Assembly: GCA_029953675.1 (NCBI GenBank)
Contig: JAMWBK010000005.1
Coordinates: 682,001-746,000 of the forward strand
Direction of reading: 5' to 3'
Source of the DNA: Rhodosorus marinus CCMP1338
Lineage: Eukaryota; Plantae; Rhodophyta
DNA: 64,000 nucleotides
A program made the translations under genes and the position numbers. Positions 11,702-24,243 of the stretch are shown piece by piece. The stretch's first letter is position 1, and the number at the start of each line of letters is the position of its first letter. The notes beneath the pieces are model-generated. The model was given only the letters and a program-made list of their open reading frames with translations. It was not told the origin of the DNA and made no database searches.

Positions 11702-13181
11702 CCTTGAAAGTTCTTCACTCCCCCACTCCGACACAAACAAACCAAAAAAAAAAAAAGCTTATACAAAACAACACCCTAAAAAAGGGGGCAAATACGAAAC
11801 GGAAAAACCCGCAAAATATCAAAACATCAAATAGAAATAAACTAAATCCTCTTCAAAACACAATATTCACCCATTCTACTGACCCTCTTTAAGAACTTGA
11901 CATCCTCTCTTCAGCTCCTATCCCGTAATCCCCTCCTACACCCCCCTCTCATGCATTCCCCCTCCCCCCCCCCCCACACAAAATACTCAAGCTGACATAT
12001 CCTCCCTGTCCAATCCTCCCCAGCTTCTGCTATCATCCCTTGAAAGAAGACTCTACTGGGATACCCAAAAACTTTTTTCCAAAAAACCATATCAATTCAT
12101 AAATCTTTATAAAATAAGGGAAAAACATGTATCTCCAAATTTCTTTGTTAAAGCATATTATATTTATGGATTTTTGTAGGGAGGGTAAATATTGTCGATA
12201 GAGTGAATAACTATGCAATTATAGAAAACCTGTGCTTTTAGTTTGGATGTTTCTAGTTCTATAGGGGGTTAGGAACTAGTGTATTGATTTGTTCTACTAA
12301 AAACGTCACAAATGCAAATGAGTTTTCTGTGTTTTTTTTGGAGTTGGTGGGACGTCCCAACCGTGGGAGGGGCTTAAATATTTCGACTAGAGCAGAGTTG
12401 ATGAAAATGGTGTCCCGCACGTTGTTCGAATAAGGTGGTTGGGTTCCTGCGGGCTGGTTAGCAAGGTTGCTGGCATTTATGGCTTCTGGTTTCAGTTCAA
12501 TTGCTGTAGCAGACCCTCCTCAATATTCTTCGGTGGGTTCACGAAAGGCTGTTGCAGGCGACTGGAGGTTGGTATTAGCCTTGATCTCTCTTGTCTGTTC
12601 TAAAGAGCTGTACCATGAAACGTCGGTCTAGAGCACCTAGATCCTCGCGCAGGACCCAAGCATCGAATTGGCGTGCACAGCGAAGCATTGCGCATGCAAT
12701 AGCGACATCATTCGGTAGCACCAGGATATCGATTTCTAGATTTCTAATCCCATCACAAGCGCGACCTGAATATGGCGATAGTTTCATTTGACGGTGAAAC
12801 GATTAGGCAAATGCCTATAGGGAGGGCACCTCTTTGTTCTTCAATTCGTAGGCGCTGCAGATTCTGGGTCAAAACTTCTCTTCAAAGTCTCGACACTACG
12901 CATGTCCCGGTTTGCAAGTGGCGAGCCTGATCTTAACGCCGTTCGCGTCGATCTTGAAAGCTCATGTCTGGCATGTGAGCAGGGTATGAGGGAAAATCCA
13001 TGGAAAGGAGCGGATTCTAATCTGTTCCCGACCCGTTTCGGATCTCGTAAATCGGGCCAGTCCTGCGCCTTGTCCGTCTCTGATCCTTGGGCACACATCT
13101 TCTTTACACTTCAGCTAAAATGCAGCACATGTTGACATAGCTTACAACTATTGACCGAACGCTTGGGCAAATTCCTCGAGG

Positions 13182-16100
13182 TCATTGCGCCCCGGCCTTC
13201 TTCAAGTTCATATACTCACGAATCCTCGCTTGCAGTTCGACGTTGGGAATCAGATGCTCTGCTTTCAACGGCTTCCGATTGAAGGGGTCTGTGGGGTCAC
13301 TTAACAGGTGACGTTCTATTACATGTCGATCACACACCACGCCACTTGCCGGCAGAGTCACCGGATCTTGCATAAGTGTGGACATGATTGGGTCCAAAAA
13401 CTCATCTGGCGCATCCGCGAATAGTTCGGCTTCCATTTCCTCCTGTTATTGAGAGATATCAACGATCCTTTCTCAGTATTCGGATGAATTGGTCATATTT
13501 TCGACTTATTGCAGGCCCTTACGAGTTTTTCCGTTTTCTGGATCTGCTGGAGCAGCAACCGAAACTCCTGTATTTCCGGAGCCCGTAAAAAGCGGATCCG
13601 AGTTGCCTTGTCGATTGCGGAGAGGAAAATGGCCTCACTATAACTTCTATGGTCAATAGCAATAGCCGCCGCAAACTTGTCCGACTTGGCCAGGTTCAGA
13701 TACGCTCGCATAATGTCCGTCAACAGGGTCTTTGGCTCCCATCCATATTCCTCCTTGTTCTTCACCTTAAGCTCCTGGCATCTAGGCCCAACCAATTGCT
13801 TGAGATAATAGTTGAGCATCACCGCAACTCTCTCCACCATTTCGGGTCGAAGGAAAACCTTCCGAATCTGATTACGGATCAAGTGATTCGAGTTAGATCG
13901 TACGCCAAACGATGTGGTGAATGTTGGGAGAACCCTACATTTCCGTCTCCCGTGAGGGCCACAAGGACTTTGACGCTAGAATTCGCCAACCGCAAAGTTG
14001 TTTTCAACTTCTTTTCAAGCTCCGCAAAACGCTGTCTCTTTTCCTGCTGCTGTTCTTGAGTTAGGGAATTCCATTCGGGAGGATTTTCCATCATCATCTA
14101 GCATTGTGGGACGCGTACAAACCAAGAAAACTTCAATACATGAGCGTTGGAAATCAGGCGGAAGCATCAAGTTGCTTCTCACAAACCTGCAGTCCATGAA
14201 GCTCTTGCAAGGTATCGATGGTGTCATCAAGCAACCAATTAGCATCGTTGAGGAGCATGTTAATAGTATTCAGAACTAGCTTTTCGTTGGCCGCCACGAG
14301 CTCGTGGAGCGATCTCCGGTAGTGCTGATCATCCCATAGCTCCATCAGAATATCGGAAAGGTAGAAGCGAGAAGAAAATCTTTGGCCCGAGGGTATAGGT
14401 TAGAATCTGCGTCGCACTTGTGGGTGAACTAGTTGAACATACTTGTCATAGAACTGTGAGCTGGATCCAGTAGTTTCCACGTCCACGTACAGCCGGAATA
14501 TAGCGCGCATCAAGTACTTCTTCAGAAAAGGATGAGCCTCGAAAGCAGCTTGGCAGGCCGTGTTCCTTTGCATCCCATCCCTATGACAGTGACGGAAAAG
14601 ACAATCCATCAGCCCTTTGTACAAACTCAAGTACTCAAGTCCTTCCCCCATGATTCCATACCTTTCATTAGTTCTAGGGGCCATTAGCCACAATAGCTCA
14701 GCTAGTCGAGATCGTAAGTACGGGTTTTTAAAATGCAGCGGCGAGTTTATCGCAACCACGGATAGCGTTAAGATATTATCAATCAGCGGTGCAGATCTGT
14801 CCACAGCTTCGGGGTCATATCGCAGCGAGTTAATCATTATGTTCAGTACATCGTCCACCATGGCCTCAAGCTGAACAGCCGCTTTCATGCTCGGAGGTAC
14901 CTGTATGCAAGAACCAGTTTTACTTGAGCAGCTTTTCTCAGTGAATTCCTCCTCCATGTTCAAATCCGGGAGTTTTCCTTACAGAGAGGGGCAGCTCAGG
15001 AGGCTGGCCGAAGCATAATAGCCTTAGAAGGTAGGACGAGGATGCTGCAGCAAAAGATATCAAGTCGGGGACGAACTGATCGTTTTCGATGAGGTAAACA
15101 TCGTAGCACAGTTTTCGACGAACTTCCTCCAGTCTCTCTTTCTCCAGTTTCTTCAACATGACCTCTCTAAAACCCGTAAAAGGACCCATGCCCGCACCCA
15201 TGCTCTCGACTCTATCCATCTGCTTGCGCAGCTCATTGATTCTCATCAGCGTGTTCCCGTATAAGCTGTACGTTGAGCTGTAGCCGAGTTCGAGGAGCGA
15301 ACCAGTTAGGTAAAAAGTTTCTGTTATAAAACCAAACTTCGAGCTGACTTCTAACACGTCCTCTGCGTTCGGCGTCCGAGGGAGCGGTACCTGGTTTTCG
15401 TCAACCAAGTCCGTAGGTTCAAGGCTTGTAACATGTCTGTAGGCGGCACCCGGACCTGAAGAGGATTCCGGCTCGACCCTGTTCCAAAAAAAATTATTCA
15501 CAGCTCATCAGAGAACAGACGGGTTGGGTAGTGCCGATCAAGCAGGGAACAAACCAATTCGGACCGAGACCTACCTCTCCAGACTCCCGGCCGCAACTCC
15601 CAGCCTTGTTGCTTCAGAGTAGTCAACCCTGACGTCCGACAGCACATAGGTCGGATCAATTTTCTCCAATTTCGGGGAACTTGGGACTGAAAACGGCGCG
15701 CAGACCTTGAGCATCACAACCATTAGGTTAAGAATGAATCCGTCTCCGACTACGATGTCTCTGTTGAAGTAAGTTTTTCTCCTGTCCCCATTTAACTTCG
15801 ACACGAACGCCACCCAATCGAGGGCTGCATTCCTACCAGCCACGCCCGACTCAAACAAGCACATGAAGATTTTTGCCACGTTGTCCCAGTAGACTTTCAG
15901 AGTCTCCCTTAACGAAAAGATATTATTGTGTACCTAGACAAGTGGTGTTGCCGGAATTCATTGCGCTGAGACATTCAATGGCCACTGACCAGCGGGGTAC
16001 GATTGAACGGAACTTGGGGGCAGGACTTACCTCGGCGGCGCTCGTGTTCAGCGGGTCATGGAAGAATTCGGTCTGAAGCCCAGTGTCCTCCAAGAGGCTG

Positions 16101-17107
16101 ACTGCAAGAATCCTACCAAGCAGGGACTCTTTCACGTCATTTCCCTGCTTAAGCCTGTCCTTTGGTAGGAATCGTGGGCTCTCAATAAACTTCTGCGCGA
16201 TTGTCTTATTGGAGAGGAGGGTGGAGAGTCCCTTTAGGTTCGGGATCAATCCTGGAGACATCAAATTGCTCTTCAAATTTGAGTCTGCAAAGAATGCGAA
16301 GATGGGCTCTAATATCTGACTTAGAGACACCGTTTCGTCTTGGCCTTCGAAGTTGGAGACCAGGCTTTCCAAAAGGGAGAACGGTACGCCTCGAGATGCC
16401 AACCTCGATGCGAACCACTCCGCCATTCGGCCGGCCGAAGTTGGGTAACCAACAAAATCCTCCGGAGAAGCCAATATTCGACCAACCCACAGAGCAAGGA
16501 TGTTCATGGTCGACTCCACAGTTCTTCTGATGTCTTCGTTTTTGCTCCTCCTCAATTCTTCCTCACCCCGGCTGAAGCTGTCCACGAGAAATCCAATGAC
16601 TTCCGGGAATTTGGTTATCCTTTCGAAAATTATTCGATCGGCGTTCGCATCAGACAAATAGATCGGGTCTTCGTCGCCCAGTCCGAGCTCTTGCTTGATG
16701 TCCATTGAGAGCTCCTCAAGAAAAGTCGTCTTCGGCACAGGTTTCCCGAGAGACGACATAAGCACTTTAGATAGGGCCGCCGATATGAGCTGTTCTGTGG
16801 ACATTGGTGGCCGGGCAGCCTTAGGTACGACCTTGGGAGCGGCGACAACCTTTTCCTCTTTTGCAGTGGGTGTTTCATTCTTTTCCACAGCCGGCTTCTT
16901 GGCCACTGGCTGATCCTTCTGCTGCACTTCAGCCGGGTTGCCTTCTTTCTCTACTGCTTTACCGATGTTAGCGAATCTCAAGTTTCTTCGTCTGATCATT
17001 TCCTCCCTCGAGATCGGGTTGGACCCGCTTGGTGCAGCGGGCTGCGGAACATCTTCCTTGGCACCCTCAGCTTCTCCATCGCCAGTATTACCTCGAAGCC
17101 AGTTCAT
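13182..17107 (-). CDS. UFD2: U-box E4 ubiquitin chain elongation factor UFD2/UBE4, multi-exon
   Basis: [93 protein letters not shown] and the C-terminal U-box [46 protein letters not shown]. Confidence 0.95.
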
Positions 17108-18114
17108 GGTTGTACGAACGAGCTGCAGATAATTGTACACAACAAATTTAAGCCCTCACTTCTAACACAGTATCCGGAATGAGATATTGTACAAAGGGAA
17201 CAATTCAGAAACCCTGAGGTCCCTCACCTAGTCCAACAGCTCTAGATTCTATCTTTCAGATCCGTACCTACAAAGACTTCCTTCTTATCCGCCCAGGACT
17301 GTCCCGCAATCCCTCAATCCCTCAACACGATCTCCACTTCCAAATCCCCTCCCACTCATCAACCCATCTCTAGTGGATAAACCCCAACAGATACCTCCAA
17401 ACCAATACAGCATCCCATGTGAGATTGCAATTCCAAAATAAGTGTCATCCTCAACAAAAATCAAAAAATAAATCAAAGCCATGACTGCAAATTGGGGTTG
17501 TATTTCCAAATATTAAGTTAAGAGTCAGTTCGAATTTTTTTTTCTGTATTTTGCATTTAATAGTCATCTATAGATCTTTTCAGCGTCATAATGAAGATAG
17601 AGATAAGCTAAATGAGCACAGTTCCAGTTATTAGATTTTAATTGTCACTAGCTTTGAAAGTCTGGAAAAAGCGGAGGTATACAACGACATTCGAAAACTG
17701 TGGAAATGCTTATTTATAATTAATACAAGCGTCATTAATGGGATGTTTTTCTTGAAAATCACTACTATAATATTATTTTGTCAGAGCGATAAATATATTC
17801 TGGCATATTTTCCTCTTAGAATTTTAGAAAACTTATAGACCATTTGAAAGATATATAACTATATATCTTTCAGTTGCATTGCCCCCAAGGTCCGAAGTTC
17901 AGGACTCCGCATGATTCACAAAAAAGGGGTGGGGTAAAATCGCGGGATGGACTAATCTAATAGAATCATATATTTTTTATTATTAAGAACACGCGAATGC
18001 CCGTGCGTCCAGCTTACCCCTCCAACTATCACTTCTTTTTCGATCAATTGATAAGCTTTGCAGAAAAGGTGCAGGGGTTAGAAAATCTGCCGCAAATATA
18101 AAGGTCAGTCATTC

Positions 18115-19523
18115 TCAACTGAAGCACTGGAGAATGTCCGGAACTTTGAAAGAAAAGTCGCCTGGAATCACGAGGGTTTCGCTGGAGACCGCCGATGCGG
18201 ATGAAAATCCGACGTTTTGGATCTTTTCCATCTCACGAGCATTATCGTTTGTCCCCATTTCCAGCCTTCTCGCGATTTCCTCAGCTCCAGAATTACCGTA
18301 TGTTATCTCGTCGACGATCAGGTCATATTCTCTGGTATCGAGATCTCGGCGTCTTCTCTCTGATTCTTCTACGTACTTGGTGAACAGCTTCTCCCTGTCG
18401 TAATCGTTCAGAGACCGATCTGGAGTACCAAAGGTCAACTGATCTTTCCTCGGAGTTTTCGGGCGAAGCTTCCTGCCGCCTGACGCTCGCGAGTCGATCT
18501 GCAAGGGCATCTCGTCTCGGTTACCCTTCTTTCGTCCTGCCGCACGTCTTGTATCAGTTCCTTGTTTGTTCCTTCCATCATCGTCCATGCGGTTCTGGCT
18601 CCCGTGGTTCCGAATCCACCGCTTCAACCTGCCAAAGGCATCGATGTCACATGGCTGTTAGTCCGACGGACAGCAGCTATCTGCAGCTATCCTTCAATTC
18701 ACACTACCTCTTGACGAAAGGTATCAAGGAAGCGAACTTGTTGGCTCCTTTGTCGGAGTAGTCGTCTGGTAAATCGCTGATCTTATGCCATTCAATCTTC
18801 GCAATCTCCTTCCTCGTCTTGGGCTCAAACGGCGTGTCCTCCGGAACATCCTTAACAACGAATATTATTGTGCGAACTCCCTGTTGGATCAATTCCATTG
18901 AGTCATTTTCTCGCGCTTTCGGAGCGAAGTTGTACCCCGTTTCCTCGTCCACTTCGCGAATTGATGCCTCGAGCTGCTCAATATATATATCGACGTATGA
19001 CAATACCACATTTTGTTCTTCAGTTCATGAGCGACTTTTCCAAAGATAACCAGCTATCAAATTCTACAAAAAAAAAGTCCAGTTCGCTAACCTCAGTCTC
19101 ATCGTTCCCCAGTTTCCCCTTCGGGAACCCCCATCGACCCTTAGAACCCCAACCCAGGACGAGGACTACCCTATCCATCCCTTTGTTAAGCATTGCCGCG
19201 CCGCACTTTGGAACGCCCTGCTTATAAGTTCTAAAATCTTTGAAAAGCTGGTCAACGCTATCGCGATAGGGCTGAAGCAGAGGAGTATGCGCGAACAAGG
19301 CAAACGCAAAGTCCTTCAGCGAGAACTTTGGCAGATTCGGATGATTCTCCCGGAAGAAATCATCATAAAACCAGTGGGCAGATTCAATTGCGAAAAACAA
19401 CCTCTCAAACGATGAAAACTCCGACTTCGGCAGGTTCAACAAGAACCGACAGCACAAGTCATCCAACACCTCCTCCAAAATCGGCGCGCGGCCCTCCTCC
19501 GCGCCATCCCCAATCCCAATCAT
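18115..19523 (-). CDS. DCP2: mRNA decapping enzyme DCP2 (Box A plus Nudix), multi-exon
   Basis: LDDLCCRFLLNLP...ERLFFAIESAHWFYDDF (Box A); WGFPKGKLGNDETE, intron, LEASIREVDEETG (intact Nudix box); PKTRKEIAKIEWH. Confidence 0.95.
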
Positions 19524-19803
19524 CTTGTTCCTTTTTCCAACTTAAATAATCCGCAAATCATGCGGAAAATTTCACCTTCAATACTACGTCTACTAGCTGT
19601 TCCTGCAGTCAAAACATCATCAACCCTTTCACTGAGAACTTACGGAAAAAACTCATCCTTCCCAAAGCTCGTCATCCCCATCAATCTCAACGGAAAGTCG
19701 TAGCCGCATCTTTCTCGGTGTTTATACCCGTGAACGTGCCATACAAATCTGACAAAGAAGATTGAAGATAGATTTTGCTCGTTTTTGTCTATGTTTATCA
19801 ACT

Positions 19804-20150
19804 CTAGAGCTTCTACAATCTCAATCCAGGTCGTAGATCACTTTTTGTTTTTGGAAGCGAAGCTTGACTCAGTAAGATCTTGGCCCAAGGGCTCCCGAAG
19901 CAGGTATCGTCATGTGACCAGGGGGCCCCGGAGTAGCGAGATGCTCATACCCGAACTCCGGGGATTGAAGATGGTTGTTAGTCCTTGTTAAAAAAAATTG
20001 AGTCTGGAGCTTCTATGATTTCAATCCAGTAATAATTAGCGCCTGAAAGTCCGTACATTGATTGCAAGCTCCATTGGAGCAATTAGTACCGCAACGTAAA
20101 TCGTCTCGTCTATCTTGTCCAAAACTAGAGCTTCTCCTCTCTCAATCCTG
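19804..20150. repeat. Three degenerate 26-bp direct repeats
   Basis: CTAGAGCTTCTACAATCTCAATCCAG (19804), CTGGAGCTTCTATGATTTCAATCCAG (20004) and CTAGAGCTTCTCCTCTCTCAATCCTG (20125). Copies 2 and 3 each match copy 1 at 22/26. Confidence 0.7.
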
Positions 20151-20945
20151 ACCCTAGATATCACATCATAGCAAAAGGACCATGCGCGTGTGGGTGTCGC
20201 GACATCCGAAGCCGGACAATGTGTTCTGCTTTGGTAGGAAACCAACCCCTTGTTTAGTGAGCAACGAAAAGCGTGGAAGACCATGAAGATTGAGGGTGGG
20301 ACTAACTCAATCTTGTCAGTTTCGCTCAATGCCATTAGACGCGCAGAGCTCATTCGCTCTCGACGCAGGTTTTAGATCCCGTCATTGGAAGAGGACCTTG
20401 TGCCTGTGAGCCTGGACTTGAGCTTTGTTACAATTTAGCAACGGAGCTTTGGAAGGAACGTCTACCCGAGCTGCTGAAGGACTATAATCAACCGCGATTT
20501 CACTACAGCTGTGATAAAGTTGTTGTAAACGTTCCGGCGACAAGCGACTGCTTCCACGTCGGAACTTTCTCAAAAGCGGACGGCTCGGCAATGACGCCAA
20601 ACAAAAGGGTGCTACAGGCCGATGTGCGTTTCCCCAGTCTCGAGCTCACTTTTGTTGGTTTCCAACATGAAACAGGATCAAAACCAACATTGCTTTTGGA
20701 GTTCACTTGCACGGTGCAAAGGTTACACCGCTTTCTTTTTCTACCAGCCCCTGCTGGTTCCCTCACTTTCCCTTCCAGCATTGCGAGATCGATCGTTTAA
20801 ATAAAATTACACCTGGTAAGCTTGCAATAAATACTCAGGTTTTGAACGGAGAAGCTTCGCGTGCAAAAATTTCAGTTGGTCCTCTTCCCAAAAAATTGGT
20901 CCATTCTCATCTGACGTTTCGGTTGTGTGTCTGTAAGAGGAAGTT

Positions 20946-22283
20946 TCAGCGACTCAGAGTACGCAATATTGCAGAAAAGCTGGGAAGAGCATCCTCACCT
21001 GCTGCGGACAATCTTCTTTTCACAGGGAGAGAGGTAGTTTTCCAATCCTTGGAAGCGGTTTCTGGGGTGGACCTCATCTCCACTTTGGCTTCTCGATCTG
21101 TTTCGGTAGTTTTCCTAATCTGTGCCTTGCTAACGTCTTTTGAATTTTCCACATCCACATCTTTGGAACTGTCCATGACCGAGGGGGTAGTTTCCGCTTC
21201 GTTCTGCTTATCTTTCTGGGGACTTTCCACGTGTTCTCGTTTCGTTTTCTTCGACGGCGAAGTTCTAAGGAAAGCGGACAGAATGTCTTGTCCGCGGCTT
21301 GCGCTCTCTGGCAGCGGCCCGTGAAGATTTGAAGTCATCTTTATGAACTCCAGCTCCGTCATGTACGGCTTTACAAACTCGTCCACCGCCGTTTTGCCCT
21401 TGTAAGCTTCTACGTCCAGCCATTGCTTGTTTGGGTTGGAAGGTGAAAGAAACTTCAGACTCTGTGGAAAACAGCCAGAGTATTATTTTGATCGTTGCAT
21501 ACCTCCTGGCTTTCATCGTTGAGGATCACAGGCATTCGATCGTGAAGCCAGGATAACTTCGTTCCACGTGATGCAATTGTGATAATCGTGTAGGTAAAAA
21601 CTTCATTTCCCTCGGTGTTCTTCCAGACGTCGTAGAGTCCGGCCATTTTCATGAGGCCACCATCTGGAAGTGAAACATGATACGGCTGACTTGTTTCACC
21701 TGTCGGCAATGTTTTGCTTAGGCGGACTTCATCACTTTCGTCAACCAATTGGATGATATGATTGTACTCCTACCAGTTGGACTAGTGTACTTCGAATCCT
21801 TTCCCCTGTACCATTCGTAAAATCCATCCGTAATGACGACGCATCGCTTCCCAGCCTTCACAGGCCCTCTAAAAGCAGGCCTGTCCACAATCGTCTCCCC
21901 CCGCGCGTTGAACATTATAGTCGGCAAGGTTTTAGGATCCTTCGCCCACGACGGAATGAGACCCCACTAAACTCAAGAATTTTGGAAGGCAATTGAGTAA
22001 GCACGCTGCCAAAAAGCACACCCATAGAGCGTAAAAGTGGGAAAACAGTTTCAAGAATTAAAATATCAAGAGCAGGAAAAACATCTTTTGGATACTAGTC
22101 GATTACCCGCATGACATGTATTGTCTTCGCTCCGGACGCAGCATCCTTGGTTACCACAGGGTTATTTGTTGTTGGAGAAGCGTTGTAACCAGCCCGAAAG
22201 TTTTCACGGTCTCTCCACTGAGTCGTCCCCGCAGCAGCCTCAATGGTCTCCGCGTCTGACCCGTTACGGTATCTCCCGCACAT
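20946..22283 (-). CDS. HMCES: SRAP-domain abasic-site protection protein (HMCES/YedK family), multi-exon
   Basis: N-terminal MCGRY; YNASPT; WGLIPSWAK; FNARGET; RCVVITDGFYEW; MAGLYDVW; YTIIT; WLHDRMPVIL; long charged C-terminal tail. The 3' end is tentative. Confidence 0.92.
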
Positions 22284-24243
22284 ACTGCCGCACCCTCACC
22301 TCCAAGACCAAATTACGGGCACGTCTGCTTCTTCGCAAAGCACTTGTCACAGAGCACAGCTCTCAAACATATCAAATTCCGTCGCCGGATATCGCTAAAG
22401 GACCAGATGGACCAAACCAGTCTCCAACACTCCACTGTAAACCCTAACGCCCACCCATAAGGAGCCGACGGACCTCCATCACCCTTTTTAACTATGAAAC
22501 GTCCACAATCCCTCTAATCCACCTCAAACACCTCCAGCCGGAAAGTTCTAAACCTCAGGATCAGATTGATACGTCTCGTACAATACCCTTAGGTTAACTC
22601 CATCCAGCTAATAGAAACCATCCAAGATATCTCCACCAACACCCCCATCAGCAAACCACACCAACCCAATCCCAATTCGAACGGGCCGAGGAACAACAGT
22701 CTGTCCTTAAAAATTCTCAACGGAAGAGCTAAAAATAACTTAACTCTATTCACATACTTTGAACCAGCCACAACGCTAGAAAAACAACTCCATCCAATGA
22801 GACTACTCTGGGATGACACCAACAGTAAGCGAGCATCCTCTTCAATGGCGTTGTTTTTGTCAAGGATGTCATGTTTCGTCCGATAAAGAAAACTAGTACA
22901 GATAATACATCGCATAATATACAATAAACGTAAATTATTCCGAACAAATGTACTCAATATATTAGCCTCCTAATCAGACAGGGGTTGTGAAAGGCAGCTT
23001 TCTTCCGAATTGTTCTCTCTTTTGTTCCCAAATTCTTTGTTGGGCAAGCTTTTATCAGACAGGCGCAGCTGACAACCTTTATCGGACATTTTACCACAAC
23101 CAAAACAATGACACGTGTCCTACCAGAAAAACTCCATTGAATTTGAAGAAGGAGAGCCCCCCAGAGGGTATCAGCGGATGAGGTTAGATATGTTTTCCCG
23201 ATGCTCTTCCACAACACTAAAATGGGGTTGACTAAAGATAACAGTTGAGTAGACCCCCCGTCGTAGACAGGACAAAAACAAAAACATTCTTATTGTTTTT
23301 CCTGATATATAAATCCATGGGTTCCCTTTTTTCCGTAACCCCCCCAAATGTTCGTTCATTCCGATAGGGATAAAAAATAGGAGAAAAAACGTAGCAAAAA
23401 AAACAGGCCCCAGGTTGATCGCATTTGAGAAATTCCAGGTGTTCTTCATTATCGGTACATTTTCAGCATCATTTTCCTTCCCACCCCCTCCTACCTTCTT
23501 TTCTGGAATCATCTATCTGCCCACTGGTCCTGGAAACGTAAGAAAATCTATTTGCCTATCAAAAATATGAAGAAAACCTAAAGAATCGTTTCGTTTGAAT
23601 CAAAACAAATTTGCTTTGACACAGTCCAACCCCTCCCCCCAATCCTCCCTCCCGCTCTCTGTTCTAATTTTTTTTATCACCGGGGTAAAAACTCACAATA
23701 AGAAAGAACCCTACCTTTTCTGGATTAAAAGTTAAAAATGAGTCCGGAACGCAAAGGAGAATTCAACTATCGTATATAAGGCAATATGATACGTTAAAAT
23801 ACGATAAATGATCAATAAATTTGAAGTTATTGATAGTGTATTGAAATTACAGCTTACACTCGTCCGTGGTAAAAATGGGTACAGAAATACGTTCTGCTAG
23901 TGGTATTGCAAAGAGTGTGCCTTCTACAGTTTGGAAAACAGCTTGAAGTATAGTAAATTTTAGAACATAAAAAAAAATTGAATCGGATTTTCAGCAGATT
24001 TCCTGAAGGTAAATTTTGGGGTTGGGGCTGACAACTGCTTTGCTGAGGTGTGTGGGGTAAGTATAATTGAGTGGATCCGCTTTGGCATTGACGAAGGGGT
24101 AGCGTCTTTGGAGGAGGTTAGTGTTGTAGCAGATATCTGCAAGGCTTTAGTTGAAAAAGTCTAGGAAACGGTTACGGTTACAGTTTTTTTGATGTTTGTG
24201 ATGGGTGCTTGCTTGGGAGGCCGGGTCTGTGGAGCCGAAAGGG

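Noticed and set aside
12400-13135. Short ORFs and possible micro-exons between UBX and UFD2
   Set aside because: Could not assemble a credible spliced product with recognisable similarity.
20503-20781. RKRKRCNLC as a possible piggyBac-type Cys-rich C-terminal domain
   Set aside because: The second CxxC pair is missing and no DDD transposase ORF or TTAA-flanked TIRs were found.
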